64,000 bases of DNA from NCBI GenBank assembly GCA_044892525.1, contig CM097885.1:204662001-204726000 (forward strand), given 5' to 3'. Source of the DNA: Schmidtea polychroa (lineage: Eukaryota). The position numbers and the translations under genes were made by a program. This document shows positions 1 through 14,242 of the stretch, one piece after another. Each line of letters begins with the position of its first letter. Positions within the stretch are counted from its first letter, which is position 1. The notes under the pieces are model-generated. The model was not told the origin of the DNA. It saw nothing but the letters and a program-made list of their open reading frames with translations, and ran no database searches.

Positions 1-561
1 ATTCACTAAGTACATTTTCCAAGATTTTGATTTTTTGTACTAAATTAGATCATTATAATGCCAACTTTATATGGGCAAAATCTTATAAGTCGTAAATTGA
101 TATTGTTGAGGTTTTTAGGCGGACATTTATTGCACTAAGTCAATCGTGCTATTATAATACAATCAGAAATTCCTTAGTGAGTTTTTTGACTTAGTAAACC
201 GACGATATATCGGTTATATTGATTGCATATTTCAGTTATATTTTTAACTTTGGATTATGGAGAAAATTTATTAATGTGATTTACAATCTATGGTAAACTT
301 TGTAAAAATGAAAATAATGAAAATCGGCAATTTTTGTCAATGACTGAGATGTAAAATAAATTAAAAAACTTTATTTATGGTTTGGTTTAATACTGAATAT
401 AATCTAAAATTGAAATAAATATCTATTAATTACACTTATAATTCTCCTTTCTCTTATATGAATACTAATATTAATTTTAACATCTCTATTTATTTTTTCA
501 AATTTCTTTGCCATTGAATTATTTTCAATTTATCAGATTCTTCATCTGTTTCGTTTTCCAG

Positions 562-2843
562 GATATGACAAATTATTATACTGGACATTTCAGAAAATTG
601 GTCAAAGATTTCTATGTTTGTAATAATGAAAAATTGTTATCTGTTGGCCCTGATTATATTATAATCAATTTGTTAAATGTGAGTTTATTTTTTTATACAA
701 TTTATAATAATAATAATTTTAATAATTTATAATTAAAGTATTTATAAATTATAATAAAAAGTAATAATATTAAATAATTATAAAAAATAGTTTTTTTTCG
801 TAAAAAAATCTTTACATTTTTTCAACAAAATATTTTTTAAGTTTATTTGTTTAAATTTGCTTTTTGTGTCGATAATACAAATGTTATAGTTGAAAAGCCC
901 TCTCAACACTTAGTTGTGTATCAGAAACTGCGATGATTACCTGGACCACCTGGTATATAATAGCGATGTTTGCAGTTTATGTTGCTCCCAAAATCTTAAA
1001 ATATATTTTCCTTTTGCCACTGGAATATATTTTCCAAATTAATTCTTTTTTAAACTTCTCCAAGAATGTCCTCATTTTCTAAAGAACTAGAAATTGCTGT
1101 TCTTCTAAAATTTTCTTTTTCTCTATCCGTTAGCAAATTTCTGAGAAATTTTATTATTTTTAAAATGTGCCTCTTAGCATTGTAAATATCTTCGGTACTC
1201 AGCATTAATCTAAAAAGTGTTTGTTGCTTTAACCCTTTCAATACTGTAGGGACATATTGTCCCAGAGAATTTCTAATAATTACTAAAATAATAAAATGAT
1301 AATTTAAGCCTTTTGCTGAAAATAATGTATTTAATGAAAGAATTTTCGACTATACGATAGTCCTTGTCAATCTCCTGGAATTTAGCAATGTTCTTCCCCA
1401 AAATACCCTTCAATCTTTCTTTTATTTCCTTTCTCTTAATTCTCATTGGTTGTAAATATAATGAATTGTTTTACTAAAAACTTTTAAAATTTTTATTTTT
1501 TATTTTTTATTTTTACATTTAAAATTTCAAAATGACACAAACTAAAAATTTTTAAATTTTTTACAGCTTCTATAATTAGCTTCTAGAAGCCTAATAAAAT
1601 ATTTGAAGCTAATTATTTTGGGAAGAACATTGCTAAATTCCAGGAGATTGACAAGGACTATCGTATAGTCGAAAATTCTTTCATTAAATACATTATTTGC
1701 AGCAAAAGGCTTAAATTATCATTTTATTGTTTTAAATAATAAATGCTGCTACCAAGCAATCATCATTTTATAATTACTAAAATAATTTAAATGCTTACAA
1801 ATGCATTGGGATCTGGGATTTTAGTACTGTACTGGCAAAAACAGGAAACCTTTGTCAGATCATTTATTTAAATATTTGTTTTTCCCATCAAACTAAATTA
1901 GCAATAAATATTTTGTGCTATAAATATTACATGAATTATTAAAATAAAAAAATCGTATTGAAAGCGTTAAAAACAGTTATAACTACAAATTCTTTGATAT
2001 TTCCCCCCCCCCCCCCCCCAATTAATTCATTTTTAATATTTATTTAAATTTACTTATTATTTTTAACACTTGCCGGAACATACTTATATAACCCATAATA
2101 ACTTTACATATTCGTTATTATTAATCATTGCAACATGTATATTTCCTCTTCAGTTATAATAACACAAGAAAATATAAGAACCTAATAATTAAACATTAAA
2201 GGAATTTTGAATATCTATTTTAGGATCTAAAGTTTATCATAAATGACTTTCTAAAATTTATTTAGAACTGTTATAAATGAAAAAAAAACACATTTTGTTA
2301 GAAACTTTAACTAACCTAATGCTTTCTTTAAATTAAGTTCTGTTTTTCGTATTTCCTACCAGTTCTATTTAATAAAACTTAATTTATTGAATTTAGTCTT
2401 TATTTGACATTTCTGTAGGATTATAAAACATGTCTAACTTTATCGACATTTTCAACAGAAATCATGTGTACTTGCATTTACAAAAATAAAGTTTATGGAA
2501 CTTTAAGAAATGGAACGATTTTCATTGTAGAAACCAAGTCCGAGGAGGTCCATATATATCCAAATGTTCTAAATGATCCGGTCATTTCTATTATAATTGT
2601 AAAGTTGGATCACGTCAAACTGTTGGTCACAGCAAATACAGTAATAGTATTTCTTGTGTGGAATGGATTTGAATGCTTTATTGTTTGTAGAAAAACGAGA
2701 TCGTTAGTTACAGTCTTAGTGACACAAACTGGCTTAATATAGTAAAAGTTGTGAAACTTAATGATACTGTAAAGGGTTTAATTAATTACTCCAGTAATAT
2801 CATCTGTTACACAACTCATTTTATATTTCTCCTAGATAAACCA
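562..2843 (+). CDS. Partial host gene, WD40/beta-propeller-like (exons 562-678, 2419-2640, 2691-2843; gene ends not resolved)
   Basis: Three AG/GT-bounded phase-0 open exons. The first reads DMTNYYTGHFRKLVKDFYVCNNEKLLSVGPDYIIINLLN (GH...LLSxGxD, WD40-like). The others are beta-strand-rich. Joining them into one gene is inference. Confidence 0.45.
1285..1733. repeat. Foldback/MITE-like element with ~120-bp inverted arms
   Basis: 1285-1405 is a near-perfect reverse complement of 1614-1733 (for example GAATTTTCGACTATACGATAGTCCTTGTCAATCTCCTGGAATTTAGCAATGTTCTTCCC). No coding capacity. Confidence 0.7.
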
Positions 2844-3118
2844 GTAAGTATTATTTTTTAATATTTTTTGAAAATAAATATTAATTGTCGGTGATATTTA
2901 TTAATAATAATAATAATTTTCCGTATTATTATTATAATAGCATTAGTCTGTCAAAAGGATCCAATAAAATAACATATTTTGATAAAAGAAACATTTTCTA
3001 AATAATTTCGAAAACCCTTACAATTATGATACAGACCTGAATTTACCATTAGGCTGGATTTACACAGGGCCCGGAATTTTGTATTATTATAATAAAAACT
3101 TATTACATCTTTAAATTA

Positions 3119-5422
3119 CACCTATCCCCCGATTTACACGGTAGATACGTTCCTGAGAAAAACGTGTAAATCGAAAATTAAAAATTTTCAAGTTAAAACC
3201 GTGTAAATCGAAAAGCTTGCAGAAAATGCATAATTTTGCTATTTAACAGTTGTGATTTTTTTCAATATTTTTAGGTGTACACAGAAATAAAAATAAAATG
3301 CATTGACAGGTTAAAATATGTAATATATTACGGAAACACTGTTTTTTTGTTTAATTACAATACATTAAACAGAAGAACAAAAAATAAAACCAAAGGTGTT
3401 TTATTATCCTTCATCACTATCAGAAATTACTCTCATTCTTTTTTTCGGAATCGAAGGTTGGAATTCATTTTCATCACTCGAAGTTATTTGTGCCGATTCG
3501 ATGTTTGAAGCAGAAATATTTACATTCTGAGAGGTGGTAATAAAATCGGTTATTAACAATTGCTTCGAATTTTTTGTAAGATATTTGTAAACTTCTTCAT
3601 TTTGAGCCAAGCAGCGAGTTATGTCACGTTGGAATCGTAAAGCCCTTTCTACGTTTGTGTCATTTTGTATAAAATGATTACCCAGCTTTCTTCCAAATGC
3701 GAGTCTTTCGCGGATGACTTTAGCAGTGAATGTTACTGGTACTAATTCCTCTTCATCAGATTTTTCAGACTCACTTTCGCAAACTAAGTCAACTAAATCA
3801 TCCTCACTTAGTTCTTTATCAGCCATTAACTCTGCGATATCATCATCAGTAAAATCATCAAAACCTTCTCCGCCCAATGAATGCGCCATTTGTACTATCT
3901 GCGAATATTCATCATTTAACGTTGAAATGGAATGTTCATTTTTGACTACATTTGGCCACATTTTTTTCCAACAGCTATTGAGCGTTGTTTGCTTAATCGC
4001 AGTGTATGATAAGGCGACATGCATCACACAGTCTAATATTGTAAAATTTTTCCAAGCACTAATAACTGTTAAAGATTCATTTTTCTCCATTTGTTCCAAA
4101 ATATATGTAAAGGCTCGTTTTATGTACAAAGCCTTAAAAGTAGAAATTATGCCTTGGTCCAATGGTTGTAATAATGAAGTTGTATTTTTTGGTAAAAATT
4201 TTACTTCAACGTTCTCATATTCTAGATCTTGTTGGTGACCCGGCGCATTGTCAATTAACAAAAGCACTTTAAAAGGCAATCCCTTTGAACCTAAATATTT
4301 TTGGCATCTGGGATAAAACATTCATGAAACCATTCAGTAAACATTGCAGCAGTAACCCACGCTTTCTTATTAGCCTTCCAATAAACGGGAAGATTTTTGA
4401 TGTTTACTCCTTTAAAGGCACGGGGCATTTTTGATTTGTTAATCACTAATGGTTTCATAATATAATCTCCTGAAGCATTGCTACAGAAAAGAATTGTTAT
4501 GCGATCTTTTGCTGCTTTATGACCACTAGCCGATTTGTAAAATTTTGAGACATAAGTCCTTTCAGGCATTTTTTTCCAGAATAACCCTGACTCATCGGCA
4601 TTGAAAACCTGATCAGGGGTGTATGAATTGTCGTTAATAATTTCTCCAAAATTTGCTGGATGTTCTTGGGCTGCATCTACGTGGCCAGAAGCCAGTTCAC
4701 CTTTTAATTTTAAGCTGTGTAAAGAATGTCTTATTTTAAATCTTTCAAACCAGCCATGACTTGCCAAAAAATTTGGCTTCTTTTCAGTTGAAGAAGATGG
4801 TAATTGCTCTACAATTTTTTCGTAAATTCGTACTGCTTTATTTGTTATAGTGGCCGTATCAATGGGTACTCTTTTTTGTGTTTGATCTTCTATCCAAAGC
4901 ATTAACGCTTTCTCCATTTTTTCCATTGCGATATTTCTGGTGTATGATGTTGTGCCCATACTCGTGGTTTTGCCAGCTGCAACACTCTTTCTAATTTTGT
5001 TTTCATTTGTTCTAATAGTTCTTATTGTAGCTTCGTTCATGCTATATGGTTTTGCAACATCTACTACTCTATCTCCCTTTCGTAAGCGATCCAAAATTTC
5101 GATTTTATTTTCTAAAGAAATAGTTTCTTTTAACTTCTTTCGACATTATAAGCCTATAATTTTTTTTAATTTATGTTAATTTATAATATGTAATCTAAAT
5201 TATGCACTCACTTTAAACTTTAATTTTATGCGAAGACACAGTGTGCATGTGCAGCAAGTCAGCACATAAACTCGGGATTCCCTGTAAGATGTGTACACAG
5301 CGCACGTGTTCAAACACAGTAGCATTTTGTAGAGTGCGATAAAAACAAAAAAAAAATATTTGGAAAACCGTGTAAAAGCGAAAACGTGTAAAACAAGTAC
5401 CGTGTAAATCGGGGGATAGATG
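3119..5422 (-). mobile_element. Full-length Tigger/pogo DNA transposon (2.3 kb)
   Basis: 25-bp TIRs CACCTATCCCCCGATTTACACGGTA (3119-3143) and TACCGTGTAAATCGGGGGATAGATG (5398-5422), one mismatch. TA target duplication on both sides. Internal transposase. Confidence 0.95.
3404..5146 (-). pseudogene. Tigger-type DDD transposase with two frameshifts (~5125 and ~4300)
   Basis: CENP-B-like HTH (FLASHGWFERFKIRH) and catalytic motifs FNADESGLFW, LIDNAPGH, LQPLDQGII. ATG at 5146. Both frameshifts fall in A runs. Confidence 0.9.
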
Positions 5423-8400
5423 TATTTGCAAATTATTATATTTAATATAATACCTTTCCAAAGTTGCTGTTGAAGATTTTGCAGAGAAAAAATATAGAAT
5501 AAAATTTTTCTAAATTAATATAATTTACGAAATTAAACTGTTATTTTAAATATATAACAGCAGGAAATAAATTAACATTTTTGTTTTAAAAAAATTATAA
5601 AAGGGACCCATAAGATTTTAAACCTTGGGCCTCATCAAGAGAAAATCCATCTCTGTTCGTATGACTTAAATTTGTTATTATTTATTTAGAAGTATTGTTA
5701 TTTTTACTTTTTCTCAAATATTTGCATTCTTATTGATTTAAAACTGTTCGTTTGAATATTCATTTAAAATCAATAGATATATACAATATAAATAACAATT
5801 GTCATCACAATTTAATAATTGAATAATATGACTTTTAAAGAAAAGTAATATAAGATTTTAATAATGAAGATATCATTTCGTTTTAAACTAGCTGATATAT
5901 CGCAAATCGATAATTTCCGTAATATATCTTATGAAAATACAATTTACAAAGATCAGAAACAAAAAAGATATAGTTAAATTATATAGATACTCACAAAATA
6001 ACAACTAAAATTCAATGAGAAAATAATCAATAATTTATAATAAAAGAAATACGTAAACTTTTCCCCTATGACGAATTGATTTAATAAATTTAACAATTAC
6101 AATTAAAATACATTTTTTTCGAAATTATTTTAATATTAAAAATCCACATAGATACTTTAATAGAGAAAAATTTTAAATGCGATATTTCCAATATTTGATA
6201 ACAAATCCAAAATAAAATTTATCATTTTTCTACTCAACACACTAAAAATTTTAACGATTCCGACAGTTTATTGTATTTTAGACATTATAACATCTAAATT
6301 TCGAAAAAATTGATAATAAAGTAAAAATCAGTTATAACCCTTAACGAAATGAACAATATCCGTGACACTTGCCAATATAGATACTGCCCATATGAATTAT
6401 TCTTAAGAAAATCTACAAATGAGAATGATGACTTGGTGTAATATTGTTTTTTGTGAATACGGCAAACTGGTAAAATGTTGTGTTTCAACTTTGAATCGAG
6501 TGGCTGGTGTTGATGGGGTTGTAGTAATCAAAATCACCCATATAATTACAAATATCGTTTGTTACAATATTCTCATTTGTTTACATGTAAACTACTTATT
6601 TTAATAAGTAACTATTATAACAATGATAAATTAATAAAAATGACTTTAAGATATTTCAAAAATGTTTATTTATTACAAATATATAAACAAATTTATTCCA
6701 ATATTTATTTAACTATTATATTTATTAATAAATTCTATAATATCGAATAGTGATTTTTAGTGTGGTGAATGTGTATACAAACAAGAATTCTCTACATTTC
6801 GTCACAACTTTTTTTGGCATAAAATATCTAATACTAAGAATTAAGTTTTCTCATATCACAGTATGGGATATATAACCAAGTAAATAATAATAAAATTCTT
6901 TTGTTGCAAAGTATATATGGAATAAAATGAAATAATTTTTGATTATAAAAAATCTTTATCAAGTCAATTTTATTCAATATATACTTTGCTGCAAAGGCCT
7001 ATATTATTATTTACTTGTTTAGCATTTTATAGATTTACCCTTTATAATCTTTATTAAAAACAAATATCAAAAAAAGCCTTTCAGCTTTTATTTATATGAA
7101 CTCCCCACATATTCCATCGGTTTTGTTGGCATTTCATTCTGGTCTTCTAATGACTAAATTTACATGTCACTTTGAATTTATTTATTTTTTAAATTTAAAA
7201 ATGAGAAAATTAAGTGAGTTAAGAATAGTTTTCATTTTTTTAAAAATGATGTCGGTTGACAAAAGTTTGGGAACCAGCGCTATTGTATTAACTAACAGAT
7301 TTTACATAAAAAATAAGTGCAAATAAACAAACCAATGTTAACTCTAAAAATATAAGTAAGCTTTCTTATTCACCACCAATTATCGTGCACCCCTTTTTGC
7401 CTGAGTTATTAATTTCATTATGCATCGCGTTGCATTTGATTAACATTATAAGATACATAGAAATTCAACTTGATGCTAAAAATTGATTAGTAGTTATATC
7501 TGCCAATTTATTATAAGATTACAAAAAGGGTAGAAAAATTAATAAAACAAACAAATACGGTGAATGCAATTTCTATAGTAAATCCAAACATGCAAACGAG
7601 TGATAAAATACGAAATTACTTTTTCATATGTCATTCAGAAAGTTATTAAAATTAGGAAAAGAACCTCTTCGTTAGATTTCTAAATTATTGAGTTCCGTTA
7701 GCAAACAATTAAGTTACCTTACTATGCTGCAAAATATGTTATGACAAGGTTACTTACTCAGACAATGAGCTTTAGCTTAGGAGGGGTGAATAACTTGCGG
7801 TAAATTAGAAATTTCACTACTCATATATCACATTAAAAGTTGGTTGTTTTAAATTTAAAGTTTCGATATCATTTTAAACCAAATGTTGTCTTTGCATACT
7901 TGTAAATTTAATTAGCGATATTTTACTGGCGAACACCTAAGGAAGCTCAAAAAAGAAATTGGTCTGAAATTTGAAATATTTATTTAAAAATAATTATTTT
8001 CAATTTTAAAAATGGAAATCTCGCTTTGGTTGACATTGAGGTATTGCCTGCCTAGAGCCTCTTTCTAATGCAATCATCTTTCTACAGCCTGGATATGATT
8101 TATTTCTCTTTGGAATATTATGAGGATGGTGTAAAATGTTGACAGTTTTTCTTTCTATTTTAATCACTTAGATTTATAACAACCATCTTTCACAAAAACC
8201 TGTCAAATTCAAAAATTTGACCTATTGATGCTCCGGGACTATTCTTGGACTCAACTGACGAGTTTTCGGTTTCTTAATTGTTTGCAGTTTTCCTTCAATC
8301 ATAGAAAATAGCAATAAAATCATCTAAATTTCCAAGATCTCTCTCTCTCTCTCTGCAGCTTTAGTGGACCTTTATTCTGACTCTTGTCTTTTTTTTGTAG

Positions 8401-9329
8401 ATGGCATGGTCATGTTATAACGATCTAAAATAATCTTGCAAAATAGTTTACATTATTATAAGATGAAATATAATCGGAGTCTTTTTCATCTTCATTCTAA
8501 GAATTCTGACCGATTAGTGTTGACACCAAATTGATCCATACCCTCATCATTGAAAATCGTCTATAATCAATGTTTATTATATTTTCCAAATAATAGTAAT
8601 TCTTAAAGTTTTCTTTTATCAGTTAGATAAAATTATAATGCTAAGAGAAATTACCAATGAGATAATGTTCCTTGAAGCGAATATGAATACAATCATCGTT
8701 TTGGATAATTATAATATCCTCCACAAATACTTAATCAAGGTAGGCGACATTTTGAATTGACTCAGCTCATTTACAAGTTGGTTCAGAAAAGCAAAGTCAA
8801 GCCGGGATCGACAGTGGAAAACCTACCTCTGGAAGGAACTGCAACGGCAATGTCATATAATTATCAAAGGAAAATGGTAATTCCATGACAAATACGATTA
8901 AATTATTTTTTTATATTTCCAGATATATTTTGCTAGTCATAATATTTTATTTTCTCAGAAATTTTAATAATAAATGTTCTTAATGTATTCATGTTTTTAT
9001 TTTAATTTTTTAATTCTCATTGATGTTGGAGCCGAAGGTGATATTTGTTTTTGCATAAGATCAGCAATACCGGGATACATTATCGAACCACTTGATAAGA
9101 CTCTTTTGGCTGAACACAGTAAGCTATATCCTTGAACAAACTCAATTTTTAAGCACAGCAAGCAATAAAAAAAACAGCAACAAAACAAACTATGGCATCA
9201 AACCGAACAAGCATTTCAGAGACGAAAGCAAGCACATAATGGAAAATACGAACTACTACTATAACCCAAACACCAGCACGGAAAATACACTCCATAAATT
9301 AAATTATTAACCCCAGAACAAACATCCCG

Positions 9330-12300
9330 AACTACTTTAGTGAAGAAAATGGGACTCCCCAAAAATGGTTAGAATTTGCTAAGCTAACCCTAACCTTATC
9401 GGGAATAAAGTCGACGAAAACGCTATGTTCGAACAATCCCCGCACTCCCAAGTAACTAACTGAACGAAATCGCTAATCAAATTGAAGAAATTTCAAAGAG
9501 CGAAGACCGTTCAACAAACTTTGCAACGTTCTTACAAACAAAATCAACAGGAGGCAAATCATGTCTCAACAATACATAACTTGGCGACAATAAACTAACC
9601 GATTTCCTTCGCCAACTATAACAAAAATTGGAGTACCTCCAACCAAACATCACTAATTCTGGATCAAACGATTTATTAAAGGATTTTTTTATGCAAACAA
9701 TGCCGCCAAAAATAAGACGTATTCTAGCTGCCAGTAGCAATTCGGATGTAGAAACGCTAAATTTATCCGATTATATACTCAAAACTACAATAGAAACAAA
9801 ATAAATTACAACAAACAATCAAACAACAAAATTACCGAATCAAACGAAACAACAAACTAACTAATAAACACATTCATTAGCAAATTCGACGAAATAGTTG
9901 TCGAAAACACAAATAAAAGCAGAATTAGCCGAAATAAAAGAGAAATACAACAGGCAAAATTTCAATTCAAACGAAAATAGAGACCTATACAACAAACAAT
10001 TTCAACACAAACCAACCATCAGATAATCATAACAGACAAAACTATAACCAATTTTCAGACGGAAACAACAGTCAGAACTACAGCCGCAGAAAATCCCCAA
10101 ACAATCGCTACAGAAACCAGTCCAACTCCTCAAACCGATTCAACAACTACCGAATCAACAGCCCAGAAAAAGAATCAAGAAGCGAATTTATAAATAAAAA
10201 CTACTGCTACTTTCACAAAAAATTCGGTGAAAAAGCATACAAATGCACAAGATAAAGAAGGAAAACTAAAACTGTTGATAGCACCCACATTCAGTGACAA
10301 AATCAATACATTTTTGGTGCACACAAATAACACTGACTTTCTAATTGACACAGGCTCGGTCATATAACTATTGTCTCACTACATGTACAAAATCGCAAAA
10401 AACAGAAAAATCACTAACAGCCGCAAATGGCTCTGGTATAAAAACATTTGGCCAACACACACTAACCTTAACAATAAATTCACAAAAAAATACAACTGGC
10501 CATTCACAATCGCAGAGGTACAACAATCAATAATCAGAGCTGATTTTCTAGCACACCAACTTAATAGTAGATTGCAGAAACAAAAAATTAATTGAAAACC
10601 TCACAACAGACAAGGAAACCAACAAGATTAAAACGACAGACATTGCAAAAGAAGACATTGACGTGATACAAACAAGCACACTAAATATTAAAACAATCAA
10701 AACAAACGAACACGTTCCTGAAATAACTGCACTTCTGGCAAAATACGTTAATCTCTGCGAACCAGTAACTTTCGACGGAAAATCAAATTACTCAACTGAA
10801 CACGCATAACTAATAGAGACCCAGTACACGCAAAGGTCAGGCAACTAGACTCACAAAAGACACACATCACCAAAGAAATTTTCCAGGAACTACAGGAAAA
10901 CAATATAGTAACACATTCAAATTCAGACTGGTCATCAGCACTAATTCTCAAACAAAAAGCAAACGGGGACTGGAGAGCTTGCGGAGACTATAGAATGCTC
11001 AACAAAATGACAGAACCAGACAACTACCATCTGCCGATCATAAGAGATTTAATAAACAGACTCAGAGGAGCAAATATTTTCTCAAAAATTGACTTGCGAA
11101 AAGCTTACCACCAAATTCCAATCAGAAAGGAGGGCATTTAAAAACAGCAATCGTAACACCAATCAGCATGTTCGAATACAACCGAATACCATCTGGTCTA
11201 CGAAATGCAGCAGCAACATTTCAACGTTTCATGGATTGAACGCTGAAGAACAACAAAAACACAATCGCATATTTGGACGACATATTAATACCCAGTCCAA
11301 ATAAAGAATCTCATCTCAAAGACAGATGAAGTGTTGAAAACTTTAAACACAGCAAACCTCAAAATAAACTCCCAAAAATGCGAATTTTTTGAAAAGGAAA
11401 TGAATTTCCTCGGGCACACTTTAAACGAAAAAGGCACATAGCCTATCGGGAAAAATTCAGCTCAATCCAACAATTCCAACTGCCAAATTCAAATAGAGAA
11501 CTCAGACGATTCCTAGGAATGGTAAACTTCTACCACTCCTATATACCAAATTGCAGCCAATATTTAGCCCCCCTAAACGACCTTATCAAAACAAGACGAA
11601 AAATCAAAATAAACCGGACTGAGGGAGCAATCAAAAACTTCGAGAAAGCAAAAGCAAGCTTATCTCAAGCCACACTACTTGAATACCTTGACCCAGAACG
11701 AGATTACAACCTAGCAACAGATTGTTCTGGATTTGCATCGGGAGCAACTCTTTACCAAGACAATGAATTTGGTAAACAACCTATCGGTTACTTCTCCAAG
11801 AAATTAAAACCCACCAGACAAGATACTCTTCATTCGACGGGGAACTGCTCGCAATTCACGAAGCCATAAAACATTTTCAACATCTACTAAAAGCAAGGAA
11901 CTTCAAGATCTACACTGACCACAAAATTCTTACAAACGCAATAGAAATGAAAATGCCATCACCAAGGCAAATAAGGCAATTATATTACATATCCCAACTC
12001 AACTGCACAATCAATTATATCGTGGGAGCAGCAAACATAGCAGCAGGCACTTTGTCAATAACCGAAACAGACATAAATGCACTTGAATTCCGCGAAATGT
12101 TCGAAGTCGAAACAATCAAAAAAAGCAACTAGAAACACTGAAAGAGCTACCAACAAAACATAGCCTAAAACTCAAACAAATCAACGATTGCTGGTACGAC
12201 ATCAGTAACGAAAATACACTAAGAATACTCCTACCGTAAGAATTCAGGAATAAGTGTATCTCTAAGATACACGACATCAATCATCCAGGAAACAAGGCCA

Positions 12301-12510
12301 AATACGAAATCATCCACAACAAATACATATGGCCAAACAATCGAAAAGAAACAAAAGATTTCGTCAAGACATGCAAAATTACCAGGTCAACAAAACTATA
12401 TAAAAACTAACAGTTGAAAAAGTAAATTTTCCAAGCACCCAAACTTTCGAAACAATACACATAGACATAGTAGGACCGTTACCACCAAATAAGGAATTCA
12501 AAAATTTGAC
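9330..12510 (+). mobile_element. Degenerate Gypsy/Ty3 LTR retrotransposon internal region (gag-PR-RT-RH-IN, 3' truncated)
   Basis: gag-like LGDNKLTDFLRQL...MQTMPPKIRRILA; protease FLIDTGS (~10345); RT FSKIDLRKAYHQIP and AYLDDILI; RNase H ATDCSGFASGA, PIGYFSKKL, IYTDHK; integrase HPG..IWP..CK and TIHIDIVGPLP. Many stops and frameshifts. No LTRs identified. Confidence 0.9.
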
Positions 12511-12519
12511 GACACCAAT

Positions 12520-13550
12520 AAAGCCATTGAAAATCAAACTGAAATATTTGGTGACAACTTTGATGACGATTTTGATTTGGATGATGTGTTCGATAAAGAA
12601 ATTTTTCTCGACGAGAATATTGATGATATTCTTGCCTCTGTGTGTTAAATTGTAATTTTGTTTCAGCGTTCGTTACTCATAACTGATCTGTTGCATAATA
12701 AAATACAAGAGATAAAAAAAAACTCAACAAAAGCTACATAATGAAAAATTGAAGCTACAACTTGATGTCAAAACCAGTGGAATACGATCGTTCATATGAT
12801 CACAATTTTCATCCGATACTTTAACGCTATTAAAGCAGCATTAAGTGATCTTGGTGATGAAGAAATATTAAAAGAAATCAACATAGAAATGGTAAAATCT
12901 CTTGTCGCCATCCTGACACCCGTTGAATTGACAGTTTTGTAATTGGAAAAACAGATGCATCTCTTCGCAAGGCTATGGTTTCAATTCTGTTTGTACCAGA
13001 AACAAATATCTCAAAGCTCTTCCGCTATATGCGTAGAATTATTGGAGAACATAAATAAATATATGAATAAAAAATTGGACGAAACTCTTTTTGATATCAT
13101 CGAATGCCTCAAAACAGCTTCAGTCCCACGAACTTCCACTCTGCAGTATGCATCAGAATTAATGAAACGCCTTTTTCTGACAGCTGAAACAATAAATGAT
13201 GAAAATGATATTGCAAATTTTGAAAGTGTCTCTGGTCAGAATGATTGACTTTTAAGTTTAGCACAAGAATTATCAAAACGTATAAATTCTTCTTCCATTC
13301 AAACAATGACTCAGCCAAAATTTAATAAGTTGAAACAAGAATTTCAAATTTTTAAATCTACAGAAATCGAACAGAGAATCTGGAGAAGCTTCGCAATGCC
13401 TTTAACACAATTCAACCGACATTAACTGAATCTGTACGAATATTTTCAGTAGCAGGAATGTTTCTTTCAAATTTGCGGTGCAAATTTTCCGATAGGTCAT
13501 TGGGTGCTTTTGTGTTCCTTAAATATTATTTCAAAAATCCATTTTTGTAA
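12520..13550 (+). pseudogene. hAT transposase remnant
   Basis: KLQLDVKT-RWN motif (~12760-12785, frameshifted) and a C-terminal dimerisation-like segment RIFSVAGMFLSNLRCKFSDRSLGAFVFLKYYF (~13435-13530). Confidence 0.75.
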
Positions 13551-14242
13551 AGTCATTGACCATTTGGTGAAATTAAAAATGATTGAATAAAAAATAATCT
13601 TTAATTTGTTGTTTTAAAAAAACTTAAATAATAATATTTTACAATCTGCAATTATAACGTGAAAATATAAAATTTAAAATTTGAAAATTTTCAATCAAAG
13701 TCAGGCTTGAAAACTTGACAAAAATGACCAACCTCGAGCCGAGTTGAGCCCCAGGCTCAAACACAAAGCTTTCCGAAACTACACATCGTTTCGAACAGTA
13801 ATATATAACTAGAAAACGCTTGGGATCGATTCAAATACGTCCTTTGAGAAAGGTTATTGCTGTCTAACCGTCTAGTAGACTGACTTTTACCTTCTCCTCC
13901 CCACGGAGTTGTAGTCAGAACAATACTTCGTTCTTTCAATACGATATTGATATTCGTTTCATGAAATCAGCAGTCCTAAGTATCCAACGAGAAGCTAGGA
14001 AAGTAGGAAACTATTCCACACAAACTGGGATACGACTACATGTAATTTATAGTCAGCCTGAGCTTTTAAGTCACCAAGAAACCATTAAGGTCGAATCGTG
14101 TCTAGTTATCACATGTTATGAATATGCGGAATCAATCCATGGAAGGTTCTGGTAAAATGCAGGAAGTCTATTTGCATCGACATAGGCTGAAAAAACGCTC
14201 GTTTATCTGCTTGAGCTATTATTATCATACAATTTAGGATTA

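Noticed and set aside
1050-1241. 63-aa minus-strand ORF as a gene
   Set aside because: No recognisable motif and no linked exons; it lies within the span of the plus-strand WD40-like exons.
13760-14240. 3' LTR of the second Gypsy element
   Set aside because: No similarity to the candidate 5' LTR at 17136-17399.
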